Below are positions 1 through 11,364 of a stretch of 64,000 nucleotides of DNA, piece after piece (within the stretch, counting starts at the first letter, position 1; the number at the start of each line of letters is the position of its first letter). The position numbers were made by a program, and so were the translations under genes. Below the pieces are notes generated by a model. The model searched no databases. It was not told the origin of the DNA and saw only the letters and a program-made list of their open reading frames with translations. Source of the stretch: Octopus bimaculoides (Eukaryota); the NCBI RefSeq assembly GCF_001194135.2, contig NC_068995.1, forward strand, positions 14,974,227 to 15,038,226, written 5' to 3'.

Positions 1-198
1 CCCCCCCCCCATCACCGCTTGACAACTGGCGTTTGTGTGTTTACGTCCCAGTAATCTAGTGGTTCAACAAAAGAGATTGATAGAATAAGTACTAGGCTTA
101 CAAAGAAGAAGTCCTGAAGTTGATTTGTTTGACTAAAACAGGCAGTACTCCAGCATGGTCGCAGTCAAACGACTGAAACAAGTAAAAGAATAAAAGAG
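1..198 (+). mobile_element. SINE family A, 3' portion
   Basis: Matches the 3' half of the repeat at 27290-27672 and 58481-58870 (ccagcatggtcgcagtcaaacgactgaaacaagtaaaagaataaaag tail). Confidence 0.85.
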
Positions 199-531
199 AG
201 TGTGTGTGTGTGTGTGTGTGTAAAAGAGATCAATACAGTTTGGGGACAAACTAAGATCTGGTGTTGAATAGCTGAAGAGGATTTGGAGGAGAGGAGAAAA
301 CAGAGAAAACAAGGAGATGAAGATTCTTTCAAGCAAGATTCATGTAAAAAAAATAAAAAGAAAGCTGAATGAACAGATAAATGGAATGCAGTGAGCGATG
401 TGTAGCAAAACCTTATATGGTCAAATTGGAAAATAGGTCAGAGAAACAGGGAATGTGAAGAAAAGGAATGTCAAATTAAAAATGTCAGTAACAACCGAGA
501 TATATATTTTTTTCAGAAACACAGGTAAATA

Positions 532-913
532 GACGCAGGCACCACTGTGTGTGGCAAAGAAGCTTGCTTCCCAACCACATGGTTCCGGGTTCAGTCCCAT
601 TGTGTGAACACCTCGGGCAAATGTCTTCTGCTATAACCTTGGGCCGACCGAAGTCTTGTGAGTGGATTTGGTAGACGGAAACTGAAAGAAGACTCTCATG
701 TGTGTGTGACTTTTGTGTCTGTGCTTGTTTCCGATAACCGTTTGACAACCAGTGTTGGTGTGTTTACATCCCTGTAACTTAGCAGTTCAGCAAAGGAGAC
801 ATGTAGAATAGAAAAGTAAATTAAGTACTAGGATCAATTCATTTGACTAAAGACTCTTCAAGGCATTGCCCCAGCATGGGCACAGTGTAACGACTGAAAC
901 AAGTAAAAGAAAT
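532..913 (+). mobile_element. SINE family A, near full length
   Basis: tRNA-like head (ctgtgtgtggcaaagaagcttgcttcccaaccacatggttccgggttcagtccc), central cctcgggcaaatgtcttct motif and gactgaaacaagtaaaaga tail; many copies in window. Confidence 0.85.
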
Positions 914-914
914 A

Positions 915-1310
915 ATGATTTCTAATATAAGCACAAAGCCTGAAATCTTGAGAGAGTAAGGTTGAAGTTTAGTCCATTAAAACAACCCCAGTATTTTGAC
1001 TGGTGCTTTATCGACTGCAGAGCGATGAGCTGCTAAGTTGACCTTGGTAGGACTTTGAACTGAGAAAACAAGGAACCAGAACAAATACCAAAAAGCATTC
1101 ATACCGACGCTCTGAGAATTCTACCAATTCACCACTTGGACGCATGTAAATAATGGTTTCAAATTTAGGCACGGGGGCCAACACTTTTTGAGGGGAGGGG
1201 AAATTGAATACATCGACCCCTTGAAAGGATGAAAGGCAAATTAGACCTCAGTGGAATTTGAACTCAGAACATAAAGACAGATGAAATGCCACTAAGCATT
1301 TCATCTGGTA
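915..1310 (-). mobile_element. Two degenerate SINE family B copies
   Basis: Reverse-complement B-box (ttgaactgag / ttgaactcag) and atcgacccc...aaggatgaaaggcaaa core, as in the cleaner copy at 59548-59763. Confidence 0.7.
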
Positions 1311-1311
1311 T

Positions 1312-1600
1312 TCTTTTATTCTTTTACTTCTTTCAGTCATTTGACTGTGGCCATGCTGGAGCACCACCTTTAGTCGAGCAAATCAACTCCAGGGCTTATT
1401 CTTTGTAAGCCTAGTACTCATTCTATCGGTCTCTCTTGCCGAACCGCTAAGTTACAGGGACATAAACACACCAGCATTGGTTGTCAAACGATATTGGGGG
1501 GGACAAACACATACACACAAACATATATATATATATATATATGACGGGCTTCTTTCAGTTTCCGTCTACCAAATCCACTCACAAGGCTTTGGTCGGCCCA
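1312..1600 (-). mobile_element. SINE family A
   Basis: Reverse complement of family A from tail (tcttttattcttttacttctttcagtcatttgac) to ggctttggtcggccc. Confidence 0.85.
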
Positions 1601-1789
1601 CGTGAGTTTCTTAGTCACACAGCCATGCCTAGCTTCTTAACCACACAGACAGTAATAACAATGACTTTACATGTGTTGAAGACAAATACGGCTTTGGAAG
1701 AATCTGAACTTAGAATGTTGAACACAGAAACTATGACAATATTTGTCTGAATACAAGATGCACCAACTTCAAGCCAATGCCAGAGGGCT

Positions 1790-1960
1790 TTCTATGTTCT
1801 CTGTGGTTAATCAACCTGCTAAGAATAACAGCCAATCTTCTCTTCAATGTTACTGACCCAAAAATGGAAGAATGGAATGGAAAAAAAAAACATGTCCTTT
1901 GACCATTGGTGAACTTGATTGGGACAGAGCTAAGGAACAACAACAACAACAACAACAATA
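1790..1960 (+). mobile_element. SINE/LINE-tail family G with (CAA)n tail
   Basis: ctgctaagaataacagccaatct...gagctaaggaacaacaacaac; related copies at about 8985-9185, 10590-10770, 42790-42930 and reversed at 40720-40830. Confidence 0.6.
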
Positions 1961-2495
1961 ACCATAACTGTATTTTCCAGATGTAAATTTTCATCGATAA
2001 AATATACTTTACAAACACATGCACTATGCTTAATATGCTGGCTCTCACCTGAGATTTTAGACATTTGGAGAAGAGGGTATGGGTTTAAAAAACAAAAGCA
2101 CAAAAAAGAAAAACACATCATATAATATATTAACATATAGAATAAATATTACAAGACATTGTTTTTGTGAACTAGTAGCAGTCCTCAGAGTGGCCACAAC
2201 TTCTGGCTGAAACCAATTGAAAGAAATCTAATAGTCCTTCAAAATTGGTTATTCGTTGATAAATAATTCTGAAAAGCAGGAACAATATCCTTAATAAGAA
2301 CAATTACAAGACTGTAACTGTACACCCTTGCTTAACTATATGTTCTACATGCAGAAGATGTCTGTGACAACTGTTCCTAAGTTAGTATTTTAAATTGCCT
2401 TTTTAATGAATACTCTTATTTTGTTTTTCTTTTTATTCACTCAGAATAAACATATTCTTTCAGTTATTCTAAGTTCTGGTAAATACAAATAAGAT

Positions 2496-2545
2496 AATGC
2501 TTAGCTGAGGAGGTCTCATAAAACTGAAACATGTTTGGAAGTATT
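2496..2545 (+). ncRNA. Degenerate type I hammerhead-like motif (Penelope-like remnant)
   Basis: aatgctt-ag-CTGAGGA-ggtctcataaaact-GAAAC-at-GTT-tgg-aagtatt: intact core boxes, palindromic aaacatgttt, imperfect helix II. Confidence 0.45.
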
Positions 2546-2924
2546 ACTATATTTTTTCAAAGATCACACTTACTCTCTACTGCATGCCCCAATTCAATGT
2601 TTTATCAATTTAGATTCTGGAGTCATCTCCCTTACCTTTCCTGACAAGAATTATCAATAAAGAAAATGACTTTTCTCTTCATTACAAGTGAAATTTCCAA
2701 TAGACTGGAAAAGTTTTTGGTGGTGGTGATACACTACATCAAGTATATTTGCTTCCACTTAAGGTTAATGTGAACAATCATAACAGGTTCAACACAGAGA
2801 CAAGTTATAAGAAAAATGCTATATTCAGACACACACACATGCACACACTCACGTGTGCATGTGTGTGTGTCCATATGTGAGTATGTGTGTATGTATGTGT
2901 GTGAGTGTGTATTACAATGAGTAA

Positions 2925-3117
2925 AATATTGGTAACACCTGTGCTAGATCCACTCAGTACACTCTGTAAAGTGGTTGGCATTAGGAAGGGCATCCAGCTT
3001 TAGAAATCATGCCAAAACACAGTGGATCTTAAGCAGCCCACTGGCTAGCCAACTCCTGTCAAACTGTCCAACTCATGCCAACATGGAAAACGGACATTAA
3101 ATGATGATGATGATGAT
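2925..3117 (+). mobile_element. SINE family C with (GAT)n tail
   Basis: gtggttggcattaggaagggcatccagc...ggacattaaatgatgatgatg; more than 15 copies in window. Confidence 0.85.
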
Positions 3118-4214
3118 TGTTGTCTCCTCTCTCTCTGTTCCTCAGGCCTTGCTAATCTCATGCCACCTCTACTCAGGATCACCCAACTCACCCACTGCAC
3201 CTCTTCTTGTCACCCATATTGTATCCAACTCTGCTCCATAGCCTGCACCAAAATCTATCCTGCAGCCCGTACACCTCAGAATATATTATAACTGATGGCC
3301 TATAAAGTGCATACACTCCTAAGAAACACCTAAATTTTGGAAAGCTTTTCCTTGAAGTAGTAGCGCTTGTATGTAACCCAAACCCAGATGCTGGTGTTTC
3401 TAAAATGCAAGCTGATATTCTGAGAAATATTTGAGGATAGAGGCAGGCGTAGGGTGATGATGTGTGCCCTATAATAGAATTCATTCTGGAATCTTCTCGA
3501 TACTTAGTCTTCTGGATCTTAATTTTCAAACCAAAGACTTCATAGATATGCTGTATAAGGGAGACAAGTTCTGCATATACTCAACACTTCAGAGAAGGTC
3601 AGCAGACAACATTTCTCTCACTAGCATATGTGTAGCCTGGGTTTACACCTAGTTAGCATCAGATTTTGTCTACACAATGCTTCCTCAAACACCAGTCAAA
3701 TAAAATGAGAACAGTGTTGGTGCTAGCACGCTTCCCTGTTTGACTCTCACTATAACATCGAACTGGCATTAAGAAGGGCATCCGGCCATAGAAACTATGC
3801 CAAAACATTAGTGCTTAGCACAGTTTTCTGGGTTGTCAGATCCTGTCAATCAGACTGACTCATAACAGGATGGAAATATGGACACTAATTGATGAGGATG
3901 ATGATGAGGAGGAGGATCAGGCCTGGAGTTCATCTGTATGATGTGATGCTATTATGTAAGAAATATAAGGCAACGAGCTGGTAGAATCGTTAGCATGCCA
4001 GTCAAAATGCTTAGCAGCATTTTGTCTGTCTTCACATTCTGAACTCAAATTCCGTTAAGGCCAACTTTGCCTTTCATCCCTTCGGGGTTGATAAAATAAG
4101 TACCAGTTGTGCACAGGGGTTGATGTAACCGACTTACCTCCTCCCTGAAATTGCTGGCCTTGTGCCAAAATTTGAAACCATTATGTAAGGAATGTATCAC
4201 ACTGGTATTCAACC

Positions 4215-4470
4215 CCCACCACTATCATCCCAGCACTTGCCAAAGGTCCAACCAGTTTCCTGTGCTGAATGTCTTTGTGAAGACAACGAAGACCACTAAA
4301 TATAATGCCTTGCTGTGTTCTATGTCAGAAGCGGAACATGGTGCTTCTTCCCACTATTGAGCTCAAACTCTGTTTCAGACAGAATTTACCGTCATTTCTT
4401 CATTCAGCCAGTTGAGCAATATTCTAACAAGGATCTTCCAAATATTTAAAAAGAACAAGTTTCTATGATT
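4215..4470 (-). pseudogene. RTE-clade non-LTR reverse transcriptase fragment
   Basis: Minus-strand translation with stops gives WKILVRILLNWL...KALYLVVFVVFTKTFS...LWQVLG, resembling RTE RT motifs (KILARILLNRL; LYIVFVDLTKAFD; LWQVL). Confidence 0.6.
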
Positions 4471-5583
4471 TACTATGTAAATCATATAAACCTTGAAAAC
4501 TATACATTTCGAAGGGAATTTTGCTAAACAATTATTTTGTGCTGATGAAGAGAAATAACCCAGAAATCGCGATACACAGATATTGTTTTGAGCTGAGTGG
4601 GGGTGCTAGATTCCCTTGTTTGAAAATATAAGGACACAGATCATGTCGTATAGCCAGCTAGAGACAATGTCTCCTGGGGCAAAATTACAGCAACAGTAGT
4701 CCTAAACCAGGACTGCCATGTTATGTTGGCAAACAATCTTTACTACAAAGTACTATTGCTGAATATCTCGCATTGTGAGATTTAAAAATAGTAATTTTAT
4801 AAACATATAAACATGTTCTTTAAAAATTGGCAGAGGGTTGTCAAAATCAGGAGGGGTAGTGCCAGTGACCAGTTACATTTCTGAGACTGGTTACAACATT
4901 TCAGAAGGAAGTAGGAAAGTATACCAAACCAGAAATCTGGATAAAAGGCTTGGAACACAGTAGACTCTGCTAAGAGTACCTAAGGTAGCACATGTCTGTA
5001 TTTCTTTTATTCTTTTACGTGCTTCAGCAACTTGACTACGGCCATGCTGGAGCACTGTCCTTAAAGGGTTTTTTTAGTCAAAGAATTAAGCATGCTTTGT
5101 CCCATGCAGTAACTGCAGGAACCACTCAGAGGTTTTGCAAGTTCTTCTAAATCAATTGCAATGCTGGAAACCCTTTTGTATCATTTAACAGGTATCTCGG
5201 GGTCACAGATCCCTTAGCCTGTACGCTTCACCTGGATTGAGCACTGAAGACTGCATTAGTCTTTGGCTGAGGAAGGGTTCCACTTAAAAATCTTCGAAGT
5301 GGTTAAAATGGTTAACCAATTGACAAATTTAAATAAAGAAGTAAAATACAACCAGTGCAGGCATTATTGGCATAATGACCCTCCCAAGACACAGCAGAAT
5401 GTTTCAACACTGAATTTCACATCAAGGATCTTATAAACCAAATACAAAAACAAAAATCTTTTTTTTCTTTATTTTATATTTGCATGGGTAAGAGTTTTTC
5501 AAAATTTAGACATTTGTATACTGTGGTTGGAGCATAGGTGTGTGTGTGTGTGTGTATGTGTATATATTAAAGTCTGTCATACC

Positions 5584-5627
5584 GGCCATGATGAAATACC
5601 ACAAGGTATAGAAAATACGTATTCGCC
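5584..5627 (+). ncRNA. Degenerate type I hammerhead-like motif
   Basis: ggc-C(a)TGATGA-aatacc-acaa-ggtata-GAAA-atacgtat-T-C-gcc: helix I ggc/gcc, helix II atacc/ggtat, palindromic helix III aatacgtatt; one extra base in core. Confidence 0.5.
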
Positions 5628-5966
5628 TTTATATATTTAATCCTTTATATTGAACACTCAATATTTCATCTATTCAATAAGACATATTCCATATATTCAA
5701 TAAGACATTCAATACTTTATTTCATTGTACCATCCATTTTTATTTTATATTATATATTGTATATTATATTATATATTGTATATTCCATATTCTATATCCC
5801 ACATTGGTTTTGCAGGAATATAAATAAAACATAAAAAACAGACAGTGTTGGAACTCTTTTAAACAAAATAATATATTCCTCTATACACAATCATACAAAA
5901 CCCCTTTTTTTGTATTTATTTTTACTCGCATATATATATATATATATATATATCTGTAAATAATAA

Positions 5967-6154
5967 TAATGGTATTTTTATATAAGCTTAAAGCTTATGG
6001 CAATCACTGTGCAATGACTAAAGAAAATAGTCTAATAAATAGAAGGAAAGCCTTCTTTTTTCTGTCGAGGGCTTATATGCCCCTTTATTAGACTATTTCT
6101 TAGTCATTGCACGGTGATCGCTATAAGCTTTAAGCTTATATAAAAATACCATTA
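5967..6154. mobile_element. Fold-back MITE-like element, about 70-bp arms
   Basis: taatggtatttttatataagcttaaagcttat... is inverted at ...ataagctttaagcttatataaaaataccatta; about 40-nt spacer. Confidence 0.8.
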
Positions 6155-6224
6155 ATATTATTTACAGGATTGTAAAAACGGCGCCGTATAAAAAAAACCA
6201 TTCGCACCGAAAGCATATTTACAT

Positions 6225-6400
6225 ACATATATGGTTCAAATGTACAAAAAACAAAAGACAAAGACAAGGACAGGTGAGGGAACAAAGAGTTTGACGCAAA
6301 GAAAGCATGGAAAAGTCTTTGATGTTTCAAGCCAATGCTCTTCAACAGAAAAGGCTGAGAGGAAAGGAAATGGAGTGAGAAAAAAAAAACAGAGAGCAAA
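6225..6400 (-). mobile_element. Penelope-like terminal-repeat remnant
   Basis: Minus strand ccttttctgttgaagagcattggcttgaaacatcaaagactttt is homologous to 19548-19600; hammerhead-like TGAAGAG...GAAAC. Confidence 0.45.
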
Positions 6401-6524
6401 AACTGTTTAACACACACATACACATAAATATGCATGTGTGGATGCCCTTTCTATAAATAATAATGGGAAACACATGTGAAGAAGTGAAAATTTGTTGCCA
6501 ATAGTGTATCATTATCATCAACCA

Positions 6525-6715
6525 CCATCATCAACACTTAATATCCATTTATAATGCTAGTATGGGTTGGACAGCTTGTCAGGAACTAGCAAGGTCAGGG
6601 GTTGCACGAGGTTCCATAGTTTTGGCTTGCTTTCTACGGTTGGATACCCTTCCTAAAGCCAACCACTTTACAAAGTGCACTGGGTGCTTTTTACATAGCA
6701 CCATCACCAGTGCTT
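6525..6715 (-). mobile_element. SINE family C
   Basis: Reverse complement of family C 3' region (tccatttataatgctagtatgggttggac...gatacccttcctaaagccaaccac). Confidence 0.8.
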
Positions 6716-6814
6716 TTTATGTATGTGTATTACATATTATGATATATATATATATATATATATGATACACTGCCTTCTAGCACTTGTGTTGGTGACATGT
6801 TAGAAAATCATTCG

Positions 6815-7108
6815 AGCGAGGTTGTTGCCAGTGCTGCTGGACTGGCTCTCGTGCAGGTGGCACGTAAAAAACACCATTTTGAGCGGGGCTGTTACCAGTA
6901 CCATGTGACTGACCCTCATGCCGGTGGCATGTAAAAGCACCAACTACACTCTCGGAGTGGTTGGCGTTTGGAAGGGCATCCAGCTGTAGAAACTCTGCCA
7001 GATCAGATTGGAGTCTGGTGTAGCCTTCTGGCTTGCCAGTCCTCAGTCAAATCATCCAACCCATGCTAGCATGGAAAGCGGACGTTAAACGATGATGATG
7101 ATGATGAT
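6815..7108 (+). mobile_element. SINE family C, low divergence
   Basis: ctcggagtggttggcgtttggaagggcatccagctgtagaaactctgcc...gcggacgttaaacgatgatgatg. Confidence 0.9.
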
Positions 7109-8390
7109 ACACACACATTTATTACAGTGCCCCAGCATGACATTGGCCACACAACACCTGACCAGTAAAAGAATTTATACTAAGCGTCACATATTGTAGA
7201 CAAGGATTTTTATTTTAATCCTTTAACATCCATGGCAGTTTACGTTTTCACCAATGACAAAAGTATTGGATAACAATCTTGCAGGCTTATTATATAATAG
7301 ATATGTTGAAAATATTCATATAGAAAAAATGGTGAAATAATGAAACTAAGATGAGAAAAAAACGTGACTTCCTGTGCGATTTGGTGGGGGGTTTTCCAAT
7401 GTAATAATGTCTCAACGAAGCTGGGGTATGTGGCCACTTTGAGCAAATACCAACTGTCCTTATTATGGCATACAGTTTTTTGGCAGATTTAAAATGCTAA
7501 ATTGTTCAGTGCTTACATTTAATTGTAATTATTCAAAATATTTGCATTTAAATAAATATTTTATAACAATTACCAAAATATAAAAAAAAACCTACAACAA
7601 ACAACAAAAATGATAATCTGACACATAATGTGAATTATTAACCAATAATTCCCAATAAATTATTATTTCTTTTCTGTTCTTATAATTGCAAGTTTCACAT
7701 TTCCAAAATAATCAGTCTTCCACAAGAGACAGTTACGTTCTATCAGAGACAACCAAAATAAATATTATTAATCAATTGACGTTTTTTTTTAATCTATATT
7801 ACATGTGTTGTTGTTGATATTTATACTTATTGCTGTAAATGCTCTGAGCAGTCTTGTGCCAATTTATTTATCTATTTATTATTATTATATGGGATTTTTT
7901 TTTTTCTTTGTTAAGAGAGTGTTTTCTGAAAATCGTCTAACTACAATGGTTATTTATTATTGGGAAAGGAAAAAAAAAAAATTCCCACCTTGAAGGCCAC
8001 GAAAGAACCAATTAAAATTTTCCGCTAATCTTGAGTTCCATGACTACAAGAGTGTGTTGGTGGAGGGTGGGGCAGCCAACATTGTGATTAAATGAGGATA
8101 TGAGGTGGACTACCTTTTCGTGTCATCTGTTGGACAAGCTGCCAGTATCCTCACCAATTCATGACGTTATATATATACATATATATATGTACACACACAC
8201 ATATGTATGTGTATATATATAAATATATATACACACACACACATGTGTGTATATATATATATACATACACTAAATGCTTTTTTCTTAAAAGTTCATTACA
8301 AAATCATTTTTCCATTCATTCATTCATTAAATATCACTCCTCACCTTGTTATTTCTTCAAAATATATTTATTAATGAATTTACACACAAA

Positions 8391-8430
<40 letters not shown>

Positions 8431-10263
8431 ACACACACACGGGTAGGTAGTAGGTGTATTTGTTTGTTAAATTTCTGTTTCTAAAAATGGTAGCTGAAAG
8501 GCTTCGACGAAACATCAAAAACTATCCAAAACATTTCCATAGCGAAGATGGAACATACATACAAGAATGGAGGCCCTCGCAACATGGTATTTGTTTCAAA
8601 AGCTGGGCGACATTAGCAAAATAATAATAATGAATAAATATATAAATAAATGAATAAATGCACAACAACAATGTAGACATATTTAGGGAAAAGCAGTGAG
8701 GGAGAAACAAGAACACAATACCAACAACAAAACGGCCACCATCCATTCATCCATCCATATTAAAACCTTGGCGTTCACCAATATATTGTCTAATTATCGA
8801 AATACAGCCGATTTTTATGGGAAGAAGGTAATTCTATAGATTGTCAAAGGGTAGAAGACGGGTTTTCTAAAATTGAAATAAAACAGAGACATTGAATTTC
8901 AAGAATTTTCCCCAAAATCTACAACAGAGATAGCTGATAGCCTCAGAACACATAAATACATTATGAAGACAAGCCAAAGAGGGAGCCGCTAAATGGTCGC
9001 TCAACCAGCTAGAAATAGCAGCAAAATATCCCTTGACTCACACCCCACACCATCTTAAAGAAGGACAGACTGGGTAATATGGCTCTGAGTTTCTTGTATA
9101 TAGATAAAAAAAAAACGGTCGTCACGGCTGGAACACCTTTGGCCAGAAGGCAGCTATAACTGAGCTGACCTGGGGCTAAACAACATTATGAATATATTTA
9201 GGACTATCTCTCATCAAACACATACACACACATATATACATGTATTTATAATTACATGCATACCCATAATATGTTTGTGTGAATAACATTGTCCACAATG
9301 AGTACGTTACCTATTATATATGTGTGAGTGTATTATGCAATATCTACAAGGATACTGTGTGTACGAGCATATCTGTTTATCTATATATCTATATATATAT
9401 ATATACATACATACATAAATAAATACACACACATACGCGCGCACACACATGACCGTGTAGAGTGTTTCTTAATACATAATAAAATCTACAGGGTACGTTA
9501 TATTTGTGTTTTATCTACTATACACAAATTCTTACAATTTGCGTATAGTAGATAAAATAGACAGTAGTGGGGCTGTATAATATCAGTGAGTGTATATAAT
9601 AGATGCGCTACCTGTGTACAAAATACGTGCACAATGAATATTACGTAAATTCAGATCAACGTATGCTAATTAATGTGTCTGTATATGCTTATACACAAAC
9701 ACACGCACATACATACATACATGTATAATAGGTTTGCGTACAATGGATAAGTACATCGTGTGTTATTTATAAAATCTGTGTAAGATCTGTAGTATGTGTA
9801 TTTTGACTGAAGCCAGCGAATAATGTATGTGAATGTGTGTGTATACAATATGCTCGGGTATGTAAACTACATCATCGGGGTGCGTGCGCGTGCTGAGGCT
9901 GAAGCTATCTGATATCCTGTTATTACTAACAAAGTCACAACAAGCTGCTTATCCATTCATTCTGTTAATGAATTACTCGATCTTGTTGTTTAATTATATT
10001 TTATTTCTGTTATTGTGTTTTTCTGCCTCGGGTGGCAGTGGAAGTTGTATATTTTTACACACAAACACACATACATACACACAATTTACCATTTATTCTT
10101 CATGCCAGTGAAAGACCTTTATGGATTTTCTGGTTAAATCAAGGTATCCGAAAATTCTGATCTCTCGCTCATTCTTTCACATTCTCTCTCTCTCTTTCTC
10201 TCTGTATGTATTTATAAGAATGAAAGAAGGAAATAGAGACAGATTGGAATTTTAAAAAAATTC

Positions 10264-10267
<4 letters not shown>

Positions 10268-10322
<55 letters not shown>
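10268..10322. repeat. (GT)n microsatellite
   Basis: About 27 uninterrupted GT units. Confidence 0.95.
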
Positions 10323-10325
<3 letters not shown>

Positions 10326-10989
10326 AAGAGACAGAGAGGGAAAGACACATAAGGTATGTGTGAATGTTTGTGTAAGAGAGCAAGACAAACAGAGCTTGGG
10401 AGAGAAAGACAAATGCAGACTGAAAGAGAGACAAATACATTAACATTACCGAACAAAGAAAAATTCCAAGCAACAAGACAGGTGGGATTCACACAAACCA
10501 ATACATACATTACACACACACAGAGGAGGGAAAAGAGAGAGAGAGAGAGAGATCTAACTATACGGTTTACATAATGAGGGAGCCTTCTACGTGGATGCTC
10601 ACCCTGTGAGAAATAACAGCCAAATCTCAAGCCAATGACATCCTATCGTCTAGAATAAATGATGCATTGGATAATGTGAGCCTAGGTATACTGTCCGAAT
10701 AAAATACGGGATAGTCATGACTGGAACGCTCTTGATCAGAGTTGACCCCAGAGCTAAGCAATAACAACAAAAATATATATAATTACAGCTATAGACATAA
10801 CAGCATAAAACAACAAACAGCTACTATACACATCTTATACAGACACTTGATACGCGTATATTTATAGTTCGGATTATACACAAATACACATGTGTTTATA
10901 TAAACATACATACATATATACATGCACGTGTGTAAGTGTGTGTTGCGTCTGTGTGTGTATGTTTGTAAGCAAGTCTGAGAGGCATGCCA

Positions 10990-11280
10990 TTGATTTGGCC
11001 CGGCAGGGACTACTGTCACTCCCTCTCTTTCAGTGTCTATCTATCTATCTATCTACTTATCTCTTCTTCGCCTCTCTCCCACTTTTTACCTATCTAGCCA
11101 TCCATCTCTCTTTCTTTATATCAATCCAGCCATCCCGTTCTCCCTATCTATCTATCTATTTATCTATATCTACCTACCTACCTATACCTACCTACCTACC
11201 GATCTCCTCTCTCTCCCCATCAAACTATTCATCTATCCATCTCCCCCTCTCGTCCCCTCCCAGTCTATCATTCTATGTCA
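10990..11280. repeat. Compound (CTAT)n/(CCTA)n pyrimidine-rich low-complexity tract
   Basis: Visible ctatctat and cctaccta arrays. Confidence 0.85.
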
Positions 11281-11333
11281 CCAAACATAACCACACTATC
11301 ACACACTAGTCAAACATACATACACATACATAT

Positions 11334-11364
<31 letters not shown>

